NCBI RefSeq assembly: GCF_041146345.1
Contig: NW_027191413.1
Location: 992,001-1,056,000 of the forward strand
DNA length: 64,000 nt
Source of the DNA: Neodothiora populina
Lineage: Eukaryota
Direction of reading: 5' to 3'
Shown piece by piece: positions 1 to 12,765 of the stretch (position 1 is its first letter; each line of letters starts with the position of its first letter). The notes under the pieces are model-generated. The model was given only the letters and a program-made list of their open reading frames with translations. It made no database searches and had not been told where the DNA came from. The position numbers and the translations under genes are program-made.

Positions 1-2604
1 TAAGAGCATCATGTTTCGACTTCAGGTGAGCTTCATCGGAAGCCAAAGGGGGGATCTCGACCTCCTTCAGACGAAGCCAGGTATCATATGTCGGTTGGAA
101 TTCTTGCACAGCCTGAAAGTCTTCCTCCACATTTCGCAGCTCCTCGGGATCCGAGCCCTTTTCGGCCTTTGCGATCTCGTTACGTAGCATACCCACAAAG
201 ACCTCGTATTGTCTGGTGTCTTTGCTGTCGTATCGCCGTGTGCACATTCTGCAGCATTTCTTCTCCTGCGCGACTTGTAGCGAGTTCTTCCAAAACCCTA
301 GTACTGACTCTGCATACTTGGCATCAGTCAAGACTTGATCGCGCTCTGCAATGGCTTTCTGGAGTTCCGATGGGTATTCTGACGGATCTGCACCGAGTAG
401 TTTTCGAAGGCTGGTCTCAGCTGTCGAAAGTTGGGACTTCTTTGTCTTCAACTCTGACGAGCATGTTTTGAGACGGAATGCAAGTTGATCTAGTTCCCTT
501 GTGGTACCATCCCTAGCACGCTCGGCTTCGGCAAGATGTCGCCGGCTTTGCTCTAGACAGCCCTGGTAGTCGGCATCAAGCGTTGACGGCTGCCAATCGC
601 TGGTGACTATCTCGCTGATCTTGGAGCCGTGCGCGCCGACCATAGTCTGCAGGCTATGTTCGCGATCCCTCACCTCTTTGCGCAAGAAATCCAGTCTTGC
701 CGATTCACCAGCCTGCCTCGTCGCTTGGACAAGGTCCGAGTCGAGCTTTTCTTTCTGCTCATCAAGACTTCGTAATTTGGCATCGTTCTCTTCCACCAAC
801 CTATCCAGGTTCTTGGATCGCAAGTCTTCTTTCGCCAGACGAAGCTTTGTCTCGGTGTCCGCTATAGAAGACTCCAATATGACCTTACCTCCCTCATCAA
901 TTTCGATGTTGTCTAGCTCCGCCTGGAAGCCACCGATTCTTCGGTCGTTTGCAGCGATGGATGCTCTGGCACTTTCTTTCTTCTGATTCAACGCCGACTT
1001 CTGCTCGCTGATGCGGTTCAGAACCGCCTGTGCCGACTGGAGTTGCTGTTGAGTCTCTCGTCGAGCTCGCTCGAATGCAGTATGCTGATCTTGCGCCATT
1101 CGACTGATTTTCTCGATGAAGTCAAGCACCTTGTCCTCGTCCACGTCCAGCTCGTAACCACGGATGTTGTGCTTCCGGGCTGTCTGTTTCACGAGCTGCT
1201 CACGCTGCTCCAGCTGTCGTTCATGGTTGGCTTTCTGTGCTTCAAAAGAGCCGCATTCTCGCTCCTTCACACTAAGCGTCTCACGGCTCTGAGAAAGCAC
1301 CCGCATCATGTCCGAGTAACGCCTTTTCTCGGCTTCGGACCATGCTTGCAGTTCACCTACACGAGTCTGATACTGCTCAAGCATCTCTTGGAGATCCTCA
1401 TCCGAATCAGCCATCTCCTTGAGATTACGCTTGAGCCTCTGCACATTCTCCTGTTTGGCACGGTGTTCAATGCGTTTACCAGATAGCTCACCGACGATGC
1501 CACTCAGGAAGCTTATACGTTCCCACGCGGCGTCGTACTTCTCTTTGGCTTCGCCGATTTTGTCACCTAGTGACTCGCTCTTAGTGCGCAACTCTTCGAT
1601 TTCTTCGAACAATTCTTGAGATCGTTTCTCTGCCTGCCACGTATTAGCGAGTGGATGCCGACGCAGAAATGATACCTTACGCGCTCGCCCTTGTCTTTGT
1701 CGTCTTTCGAGTGTTGTTCGATAATTCTCAATTTGCCAAGTTCTTCATTCTGGTTCTTGCGGAGAACTTTGATGTTGTCGATAGCTTTCGTATACTTCAT
1801 GGCTTCAAAAATCTCGTCAAAGCGTTTCTTTAGGGCACTAGGCTCAGCCATTGGCCACAGGCTCTCATCTTGATGGCAGAATATGACAGAATCCAGAATG
1901 GCTTTTGAGACACCCAGATACTGAGGCATGATCTGGTCAAGCTCGGCAACACGACTGGAAATGGCGATTCGTTCACCATCCTTGAGTGCCATCAATTGTC
2001 CTTCGAGCGATTTGACGGTCCGTGAATTCTTCTTCACGGTAAGCTGCAAACTACGAGTCGCAACCATCTTTGCCCCGTTGGTTGCCTTGAACGAGAGCTT
2101 TACTTGTGCAAGCACCTCTTTTTCGCCGCATAACTAAAGTAGTCAGATCATAGTCTCTGCGGTGGATGACTGTTTCACCCTCTCACCTTAGGATCGTGAA
2201 TGAATGCTCCTCCTCTACTGTTGGGTGGTTGATCTCCAGTAGTGGCATATTTGAGACATTCGATAATCGTCTGTTCTGATCAGTAGTGCTATCATCTGGT
2301 GTGGGTACCATACGCACAGTTTTGCCAGAGCCATTGTATCCCACGATCAATGTGAGAGGTGTGTAGAACTGGATAGTTTCGCTTCGGGTGTTGTCAAAGG
2401 ATCGAACACTACAGCATGCGATTAATTGTGAGATCCTTTTCCAAGAGGCCTATATCACTAACCCCAAGATAGAAAGCTTATCGATTTTCGCTTTGAAGAT
2501 GTCAGGAAATAGCAGGAGGGGGGATTGTATGTACAACATACACCTAGGGGAGATCAGTATATGGTTGTGTATATAGACTCGCTTTGCACCTGGATAGCAT
2601 ACAT
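1..2604 (-). CDS. RAD50: DNA repair protein Rad50 (MRX/MRN SMC-like ATPase), 5' part; runs off left edge
   Basis: Spliced N-terminus [41 protein letters not shown] (Walker A), followed by [18 protein letters not shown] and [13 protein letters not shown], then coiled coil. First exons inferred at 2604-2603, 2543-2542, 2490-2463 and 2408 onward, with more introns downstream. Confidence 0.96.
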
Positions 2605-3626
2605 GTTTGTTGCAACGAAAGTAACGAAGCGTGAGGGTGTTGGTCAAATTATACCATGCTCCTCTGGTATGTATTTTGCAAGCAGTCTGCAATTCTGAAT
2701 GTTCGACTCAATCACATCTGCCGTGGCGAATCAGGAATGGACACAATCAACTGGCGCTTTGACTCACTTTGATCTGCCTACAAGAAATTACGCCTCGTTC
2801 ATACAGTGCTGGGTGAAGTATCTCGCTGTACCTTACTACTGTGCTACGTGAAGCAGCCGCCTGAATGTGGAGTTTGTGTGACGCGCATCTACGTGTTGGT
2901 CACGAAAGTCACGTTACCTCAAAAGCAATTACACTCGAATAGGAAGTGACCCTGAGTCTGGGACCAGAGGCACGTGCAAAACAAGGGATCCTAAAGTGTC
3001 TGAAGTGAAGCAATAATAAGGTAATCTTTATTACTCGATGTCACGAGTACATCAGCTATGATTACTTGAATGTATAACACATGAATCAGCGGAGCAGGCA
3101 ATATTCTAGGCATATGCCCTATACAGCAAGTACGTGCAGCAATGACCTGTAGTCGCAGTGAAGCACATAACGAAAGTCTTATTCTTTGTTGCATGCAGCA
3201 GCGAATCAGATCACTGCAAAAAATATCTCAGCGATCGAAAAGACAATCAGTCGATGACTCGGGCCAATTCTTATGTCCAGCAGTCTCTCCGAAGGTATTG
3301 CGAATGCCGCCAGAGATATTTACAGTCTCAGCACGAAGTAAGATATTACTGTAGAACAGAAGGATTCCTTCCAAACCTGACTGAGATGGTCCCACTGAGT
3401 AATTTAACATGACGAGTCAAGACCCGCTTGGACGGGGCGGGATCAGCGCGTGTCAAAGACCCTGAATGCCAATACTGGGATACCGGCCCCGTGCTGACGT
3501 CCAGCGATCGAAGTCTTCCTCCATCATCGCACATGCATCGCGCTCCATCGCAATTCAATGTGTGGCCGTTCGGTGCCTTGCCTCTCTACATTTCTTCCTT
3601 AGGCAAAGCGTATTGTCTTTTGTGGG

Positions 3627-5494
3627 ATGTCCTTCTCACTGGCCCCTGATGGCTCGATAATGCAGAGCGTAAGTTTCAGCCCTATTCTTTCTCAACCCCC
3701 CCCCAAAATCCGTGTCGGGCATGGGCATGGCGGCGGCGCATGGCGTAGTAGCATGCATGCCTACGTTCCATCCTGGAGGCGCCCATGCGCCGTCGTCCAT
3801 GTGGTGGTACGCTGGACGAGGAATTATGACACTCTCTCTACGTGTGCATCTAATTCTCACCCGGTAGCTGCTCTATATCCGATCGTAATCGATATCGCGT
3901 GGCAACCGCAAGGGTTTTGTTTCGCAGGCGTCTGTGGAGTGTGCACTGCACGCTGTGCGGTGAAAACAGTCGTTTACTGGGTGCTGATGACAATACGCGA
4001 ATTTAGATGGCGGGGCCACACTCGATGGGTGGTGTACTAGACGCAAGCACCACAGCCAACATGTTGTGCGGCTTAGACGATCTCTTACCTATGGACCTTG
4101 ACCAATATGATGCCTCTCTCGCCGATGCCGCCGCTGTCGCCGCCGCTTCCTCCACTACTTTCGACCCCATGTCTCTTGGACAGGAGAACCGTGCGGACTC
4201 GTCTTATGATAATCTCACCGGTTCGCTCACCCCTACTAATGCCTCAAACACCATGTCCGCCGTCGGTGCCGGCCCTCTGCCCACGGGGTTTGGCATCGCA
4301 CCGCAGAACGGCAATAGTGCCTTGACCGAGTTCACCAAGCGGAGAAATTGGTCACAGCGCATCATCGAGGAGTTGAAAGATTTTTTGCACATTCTCACTC
4401 CTGATGGCCGAATCGTCTATGTTTCGCCGTCGGCACGCACCCTCACCGGCTATGCCCAACAACAGCTCGTCGGCAGATTCATTGGGGAATTCGTGCATCC
4501 CGATGACAGCGGCATCTTCATGCGCGAATTCAACGAGTCCATAGCAAGCGGCAATGCTCTACGATTCTTCTATCGCTTCAAGAAGGAAGATGGCACCTAT
4601 GTCATCTTTGAGTGTGACGGCCATCCGCACATTTCGACCGACATCCATGCCGCCTACAACACCTCCGCGGTGGCTCCGATCTCCACTCTCTGCAAGGGTT
4701 TCTTCATGATGGCAAGGCCCTATCCCACAAAGAACGCGGCTCTGCTGGACTCGTTCTTGGAGCACAAGATGGAGAACGAGCGGCTGATGAAAAGAATCGC
4801 GGACCTGAAGCGAGAAGAAGTCGAGGAAAACGCACAACAAGAGAGACAGTGGCAGGAACACTCTTCCAACACGCCATTGCAACAAGCGCGAGAGGGCGAC
4901 ATGTCCGAAAGCGCCTCGCGTGTGCCCGATTCTCTTATAGACGCCCCTAGCCAAACAGATTATCAGGGTATGCCACCACCTGCCAGACCACCTGGTAATT
5001 CCAAAGCTGCTCTTACAAGGCAAAATCTAGATAGCGTGCTCTCGGCACAACAGCCTGACAGTATCGCAGACAAAATGTCACGCTACGAGGGCTCGAATCA
5101 CCTCGAGACGATCGAAATGCTCACTGGTCTGCGTTACCGCGATGGCGAGCGAAGTCACGGTATCTCTACTGGTGATACTTCGCCTGCCTTGATCCGTGGC
5201 GATGCCGGTATTGCCATCCTTCTGGACCGAGACCGCGATGGTCATCAAAAGGAGAAGAAAAAGAAACTCAAGCTCGCAGACGAGTACGTCTGCGCAGATT
5301 GCGGCACTTTAGACAGCCCTGAATGGAGGAAGGGACCCAAGGGGCCCAAGACTCTGTGCAACGCTTGTGGTCTACGATGGGCGAAGAAGGAAAAGAAGAA
5401 GCACGGCAGCGACAGCATCAACGGTGGGAATTCGCTGCCGGGTGGTATGTCCAAGCCAAGCTTACCACAACAAAGCAGTGGGGACAGTCTGTGA
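3627..5494 (+). CDS. wc-2: White collar-2 type PAS + GATA zinc-finger transcription factor (WC-2/LreB)
   Basis: [40 protein letters not shown] region, [19 protein letters not shown], and GATA finger [32 protein letters not shown]. Probable 14-codon first exon 3627-3668 (donor gtaagt at 3669) spliced in frame to the TAG acceptor at 4004-4006; the start could alternatively be 3660 or 4007. Confidence 0.93.
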
Positions 5495-7606
5495 TGATTA
5501 GAATAAATCCTGACATTGCGAATTTAATTGAAACGGGGTCACCATGAGTGACGGGCGTTTGGCGCATAATGGTTGGCGAGCTTTAATGGGACCTCCAATT
5601 GTGCATATTCGGGGTTCTCGCAAGATACCCTCGAGCTTTATATCCAATAGAAAAATCCACAACATACATAATCGAGTCACTTTCTACCCTCGGCCTATGC
5701 CTGAGTGGACCTTTGTATTCATTTCCAGTTTCATTATTCATATGTTGATAGGCTCGATTTGCAAGCGAGAGGAGAGCAAGTGCAAAGGCATTCGGCGCCC
5801 GTCTGATTGAGCCTGTTACTATTGGTTGGCGAAAGAGTCTACTATACATATCACGGCTGATCGATTTCATTCGTCAGTGTCATGGTCCTTACTCGGTGTA
5901 CTCGCGTACACACACAACCTGAATCAGCGTTTACCAGGCGAAGCGAAGGCAGCGTCCTGCACCTTATCTTGACTGCCGTGAATCTCTGAATGTGTGTGGC
6001 AACCATCTCAGATTCAAGCGCTGTGCAGAACAAAGCAGAGAGACATGATTGCGCACGGTTTTAATATATCTACAAGCCGGCCTCTCGCAAAAAGGTTGAG
6101 CAACACATATTGAAAGGGGAATATGTGATAGATGCAGGTCGAATCGTGATGGCAGACCATGGTCTGTTCTCATGCACGCCATTTTCCGAACCCTGAAGGC
6201 CGAGTCTCAGGATGGCGTGTGCGCTGGCAGGTGTGAATACTGTATAAATTTCCATCAACCATTGAGTTCATTGCACTTAAGACCCCTCCGGATTGAATAT
6301 CTTTTTGTGATCTTGGTTCTTATCATCCTGGTGATGCGTGTGATCATTCTGTGATGGAGTCGGCATTTATAGTATTGCTTGCAGTACTCCAGTGAGTGAT
6401 GTGTCGCCGGCACCTCGCGCCAACTCACTACCACTATCTAGAGGTAGGTTTGATGAGCTGCACTGAACAAATAGCGCTTGAACACATCTTTCAGAATACC
6501 CAATTTCTTTTACCTACTTTCCTGTGCTTCCAAGGTGCAATTGACCAGACCTTCGCTATTGAGAGGCTATGCCATCTTCTTGCTCTAACATTGCACTGCT
6601 ATAGCATAGGATTGACATCAAGTCGCTATCGCAACTTGGTGGCCCCAGACATGGCACTTCGATCCAACTTTCTTGCCGTGGCCATTGTGCAAAGGAGTAG
6701 AATTGCCGGAATTTCAAGGTGTCAGAAGCCGAGGCTCTACACAAGACCTCTTATCGCTTTATTGTTTCCCTGAAGTTTGTGTAATTGTGTTATATGTGCA
6801 CGTTCGCGAATATAAACGGTCTCAGCATATCGCATGGAGCATATATGACCTCTGTATGTATCGACATATATTTATTCATATTACTGCCATGCGGTTTCTG
6901 TCTTTGTCACACCGAAGCCTTTGCAGACAGCGACGTCGAGTATTCGAGTAAGTCTGGAGCCCGCCCACGTGGTCGTCTAGGAATGGTTCTAGACGCCACA
7001 AGGTATGGAGAGACCGTTGAAGCCTATAGCACCACTTAACGGCATTTCATCATGCAGATTGCACCCCATCACTATGCCACAACGAATAACCCTCACGAAT
7101 AGACATGCCGCGACGACGACCGTTGGAGCTATCAAGGATCTGTTTCTAATATCCAATGCAAATCTCGGATACGGAATTGTCAGATTGGCCGTAGAACACT
7201 GCGAAGTCAATAGTCACTATGTGGCAAGGAAGCATAGGTAGGGTGAATATGATCAAGTGCCGAAGAATAGGACGTTGACACTGTACCAACTATGACCATG
7301 CTCATGTCTCAGATCCTGTGAACTGCCATGCAGAAATGGATAGAGGAAATCAAGACTGCTGTGCGACATTCACAGTGCTGTCTCGGATTAACACATGGGA
7401 TTTTCCCCCAGCGCCTGCGACCTTATAGCATGCTACCTCATACATAGGTCTACTGCCTTATAGATTACACAACCGTCTTCGACAATCTCATAACTTGTGT
7501 CACGCAAAAGCTCCGTGAGCTGTCCCTTCTTGATCGTCACTACCCATCCCTTCTGTTCGGAAGTCTTGTCGTCGACTAGGTTGGTGAAAGCCTCACAGTT
7601 CTCAAC

Positions 7607-8917
7607 ATGGCAATATCAGCACGCGCAATACCGTACATTCGCGTAAATGATGTTTTGATGGCGCTGGCATTTTTAGTCGTGGTAGCCCGCTTGTGGCTCA
7701 GATACAAGCATCAAAAAAGAGGGCTTTGGTGGGACGATCTTTTCATGGCTTTGTCTGTGGTAAGCGCTCAAGATAACTTTTCATTTAGTCTGAGAAACTG
7801 GCAGCGTACTGACTGATCCGTCAGATAGTCACGATTATCTATGGCACCTTGGTGAATGTGGGGATGAAACACTTTGCCTGGGGAAACAGTATAGAAGATT
7901 CATCTATCGAAAAGCTGTCGCAGTCCATTCTAGGCTATATCATTGCCAAAGAGCTCTTCCTCGTGGCGGGTGCCTGCATACGGATGTCACTGCTGTTCTT
8001 CTATCTATCTCTTGTTCGGTTTATTGCCACCAAGACTTTACGACGGATCATATATGCCTGTCTCATTGGCAATGCACTTATGTGTATAGTATTCTGTTTC
8101 ACGAGTATATTTGTTTGTCGGTAAGGCCTCCTCCAATTCTTCTCTCCGGATATCCAAAGGTACTGACATCTTTCCTTCTTAGCCCCGTTAAAGCTTACTG
8201 GACGATACCACGACCGGAAGGCGCGAAGTGCTACAACGATAAATTGAACACAATGATCATTGGAGCTCTCCTATGCCTTGCGGACGTCATTGTCAATATC
8301 TTGCCTTTGCCAATCGTGGCCACCATGAACCTTCCGTTACGTCAGCGCGTTGAAGTCGGCATACTATTGTCTCTGGGAGCAGTAGCTACGATAGCCGGTA
8401 TCGTTCGCGAAGTCTTCATTTACAAAGTTCTGTTCAAGGCGGCTGATCCCATCCTGGATGCATTTCCTCTCTGGATCTGTGCTGACGTGGAACTGTATCT
8501 TGCAATTGTGAGTTATCAGATGTTCTACCATTCCAGTTCAACACTGATCGTTTCTTGCAGCTCTGTGGGTGTGCTCCCACCCTCAAGTCTCTGTTTGAAA
8601 AACTTGAAGTCTGCGGCATGCCACACTTTCTCAAGCGCCAGAAGTTGGGAAGCGAACCGGCAGCTGTGCGACCTGAAACGCTGGAGCAGGGACTTCACGA
8701 AGTACCGCAAGAAACCTTCATGTCTCGTGGAAGTAGATCTTCTAGTGTCACCCTCATAGCCGCGGCAACTTCAAACGACATATCCGGTCCAGGATCACCC
8801 AGCAAATCGTCATACAACCGCCGGGAGAGCACCAATAGTTGTACGTGCGGAATCCAAGTTGACACACGGATTCACATGGAAGAAATACGTCCTAAGGACG
8901 ATTCATGCCACACATGA
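7607..8917 (+). CDS. PTH11-like / fungal rhodopsin-domain integral membrane protein (no CFEM domain)
   Basis: Exons 7607-7759, 7825-8120, 8183-8507 and 8561-8917 join in frame. Motifs ARLWLR..GLWWDD, IRMSLLFFYL, CRPVKAYW, DVIVNILPLP..LPLRQR and VELYLAILCGCAPTLK are typical of the family. Confidence 0.88.
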
Positions 8918-10765
8918 GATATGGTCGAATTACTTCTAAGTCTATACAGCGCATTATGTGTCGCGAATGATCCGAGCCTATACAGGAGTCTGGGTTTGCA
9001 TACCACTGAGATACGGCCAAATCACCGAGCTTGCACGAGCGATACAGGACTCGAGGAGCTACACATTTCAGCTACTAACCCAGAGTCATTCCTCTTGCTA
9101 CAGGGTAAAAGTGCAAGCACTTGCCACTGCTCTGTCACCGAAGCCACATCTTGGATTTCCCGAATCCATGTCACGAGGGAAAGGTCACGGACTCGATCTC
9201 AGGCGACCACATAGCCCTCCGTGTGCAATCAATGTTCCGGCAGAGTGTCTTGATCCGGCAAAAAGCATCCCGATTGGATTGTGCCAGGTGACAGCGGCTT
9301 CATTCAGCGCTACAATTATCCCAGCTGACTTTACCGGGACTGGCAATTGCGGTGGCACCATCACCTCATGTGTTTGCTGCATTGCGATAAGAGAGACTCA
9401 ATTGTCTGTGGTTGTAATACATTCTGGCACGGACCAGTAGAGGCATTCGGAAGCACGGAGCACGAGAGCTTAATTGCGATTGTGAGACAACCATCGCATG
9501 GACATGAACACCAGAAGAGATGGGTGGGTGGTAATGTCTCGGCGATGCCTTCAGTCATTGTGTTTGCCTGGTGCTGCAAGGTTTCGATAATCCACCACGC
9601 CCGGACAAGAAATTGACACGCACGGATGTACAGCGAGAAGCTAATGTTACAGTCCCGCACATTGCTGGCAGCAGCAAGGCAATGTTACTAACGCAGTGGA
9701 TCGGAAGACTCTCCATCACAGAGAAAAAAGCTCAGGAAAGCAGTGTCCGAGTCAGGTCGAAAAGGATGATGCAGGGAATATGATGATGCAGGGAAAAGAT
9801 TTATGTCTGTTCTTTACCTGCGACACGTCGCACGAGGAGCCAATCAATTGCCCGATACCCGGGTACTGTGGAAATGCGAATTGTGCCCTGGGAAGGGCTG
9901 CTTTCACCGCATCGTTACGCGGGTAGGGACAGCTTGACGGTTGCGATGCACGACAGCTGCTATGCAGCACAAAGCGCGCGTAAAATTCACGTCCACCAAT
10001 TTGAAAAGCTGCACCCTTGTAGATCTACTTTGATCATCCCAAAAGGTAGCTTACTCAATCTAGCTTGTTCTGCTATAAGTGCTATCCATTGGTTTCGTTG
10101 ATCTGACTTCAAAATCTGGTCAGCCCCAGATATCGCACTATAATTACTGTATCTTATAGATGTGACGCTAAGGTTGGGTAGTCATACTGATGTGTTGCTG
10201 GTACGGCAGCTCCCGCGTAGTGCGCTTGTACCTCGCCCGCCTTAGCTTGCTTGACGATCTTTAACGCAAGACTTTAAGACAAGTTCACATTCTTCGCCTA
10301 CAACGCGCTTGGTCAAACATCCTTGCATACATCTCAAGAGCTCTCAGGCCTGCGTTTCGGTTGACCAAACGGCCGTCGCATCAAGCTGGAGGAGCCGCAT
10401 GCGGTGCCGCACATGGAGAGATCGTCTTTGCTGAACCTCTATTATTATCTCCGAATGGAGTTACATGTCGTACAGTTCTCGATGCATGCTATCTGCATGG
10501 TAGGCCAACTGCCACACCGGATGGTGCATGTGCCACACGAGTTCCTGCAGACGCCAGGGCAGATATCAAACTTTCAAGGTTATTATTAGGATGGCATGCC
10601 GTTCTGCCCGTCGTTATGGTCGATCACACGATGGAAGAGGCAATAGTCAATCAGGTAGGTAGGTGACATTCCGTTCAGGAAACCATTGCTATATGAGTTC
10701 TGCCCTGCCCCCTCGGAAACGTGAATACATCAACTCTTATTCGTTCTATATTGTTCGTTCGCATT

Positions 10766-12765
10766 ATGGGATTCCTTTCCTTCGCTCTTTACGGAGCTAT
10801 AGCTGCATACGTGCAGCTTGCGTCAGGCGCGCCAACTGAGAATTATCATTCCCTTGTCTCGAGGCAAGATGGTAACTGTGCCCACACAGCAACATCCAGA
10901 CAGTGCTGGGGAGGGGGTTATTACATCGGCACTGACGACGAGACTTTTTGCCCCCCTACTGGGGTGACTAGGACGTACGTTCTGGAAATCACAAACACCA
11001 CCATGGCACCGGATGGGACTAAACGGATGGTTTTTGCAATCAACGGTCAATACCCTGGTCCTACCATTACGGCGGACTGGGGTGACATGGTTAGCGTGAC
11101 GGTCAAGAACTCGTTGCCGTACAACGGCACGAGCATTCACTTTCACGGCATTCAGCAGAAGAACAGCAACAACATGGACGGTGTAAGTGCATGAAGCCTT
11201 GACCTACTACTCGTGTGATTACTGACGATCGATAGACGAACGGCATAACCGAATGCCCTTTGGCACCGGGAGATTCGAAAACCTACCTGTGGCAGGCGAC
11301 TCAGTATGGGACTAGTTGGTACCATAGCCATTTTTCCAACCAATAGTAAGCACAGGAGTGTGTCGTCGCATACGGTAGCTGAGTGAGGCTGACCTTCCAT
11401 AGTGGAGATGGTGTTGTGGGCCCAATTGTGGTCAACGGCCCTGCAACTGCTAATTATGATATCGATCTTGGTGCATATCCCATCACCGATTGGTTCTACA
11501 CGACTGCAGAAAATGTCGGCTATGCACAGAGAGTTGAAGGTATCCCTTGGAAAGCCGATACAGGCTTGATCAATGGAACCATGATAAATTCGCAAGGTCG
11601 CGGTGCATACGCAAAGACCACCTTGAAACCTGGAAAAACCTACCGATTGCGGCTTATCAACACCAGTGTCGACAACAATTTCAAAGTGCATTTGGATGGA
11701 CACAACATGACCATCATCCAAGCGGATTTCGTGGCAGTGCAACCCCAAAAAGTGGATTGGTTAGCATTTCCCTGATATTTTAATACTTCAACCTCGGTTC
11801 ACTGACATTTTGCACTGTCAGGCTCTTCATTGCAATTGGACAGCGCTACGATGTTCTAATAACAGCGAATCAAGCAGTCAAGAACTACTGGTTCCGCGCA
11901 GAAGCACAAATTGACTGCGGAGAGAACTGGAATAATGGTAACATTAAGTCTATCTTCTCATACGAGGGATCCAATCTTTCAGCCTTACCTACCACGACAG
12001 CCACATCCTACACGAAAGGTTGCGTTGACCAAACCGGGCTTGTGCCTTGGTGGAAGAAGGACGTTCCTCGCGATGTCTTCACGGCACAAGTAAAGGAGCT
12101 TGATGTTTTGTTCAGCGTCGGAAAGAAAGCCTCATGGTCCAACGGAGTCAGCGTAGTACAATGGTCAATCAACGGCACGATGATGGCCATCAACTGGGAG
12201 CAGCCAACATTGGGCAATGTGTTTGACGGCACAACCGACAACTTCACGGACATTCAGCATGTCATCGAATTGCCCGACGCAAACGCATGGTCCTTTTGGA
12301 TCATCCAGAGCTTGGCCGGCGACGTCACGAGCGCGCCACACCCAATTCATCTCCACGGACACGACTTTTTCGTTCTCGGGGCAGGCCAAGGCACGTTTCC
12401 TGGCGCCGATGCACTCACGTTCAAGGCGCCCACGCGTAGAGACGTCGCCATGCTCGCTGCCGTAGGCTGGCTCGTGATTGCCTTCAAAACGGACAACCCC
12501 GGCGCCTGGCTGATGGTACGTTGCCGCGATGACCTTTCCCAATTCTGATAAATTGCTCGCCATAGAAGACAAGAGAGGCTGACTTGAAGACTAGCACTGC
12601 CACATCGCATGGCACGTGGCCGAAGGCCTGTCGCTGCAATTCCTCGAGCGCGCAAGCGAGATCCCAGAAACCTTTCAACTGGGAGACGAGTACGAACAGC
12701 AATGCGCCAAGTGGGACAAGTACTACAAAACGGCGCCTTACAAACAAGATCAATCGGGTCTTTGA
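10766..12765 (+). CDS. Secreted multicopper oxidase (ascomycete laccase, AA1)
   Basis: Signal-peptide-like N-terminus and four Cu motifs: [24 protein letters not shown]. Exons 10766-11182, 11236-11345, 11403-11759, 11822-12515 and 12595-12765. Confidence 0.95.

Noticed and set aside
8958..9440. Cys-rich ORF (PPCAINVPAEC...GNCGGTITSCVCC) as a small secreted effector
   Set aside because: No signal peptide or convincing exon chain could be built, and it overlaps the probable 3' region of the PTH11-like gene.
9185..9660. Minus-strand ORFs with a WWIIET word vaguely like laccase domain 3
   Set aside because: No copper-binding His motifs; probably chance similarity.
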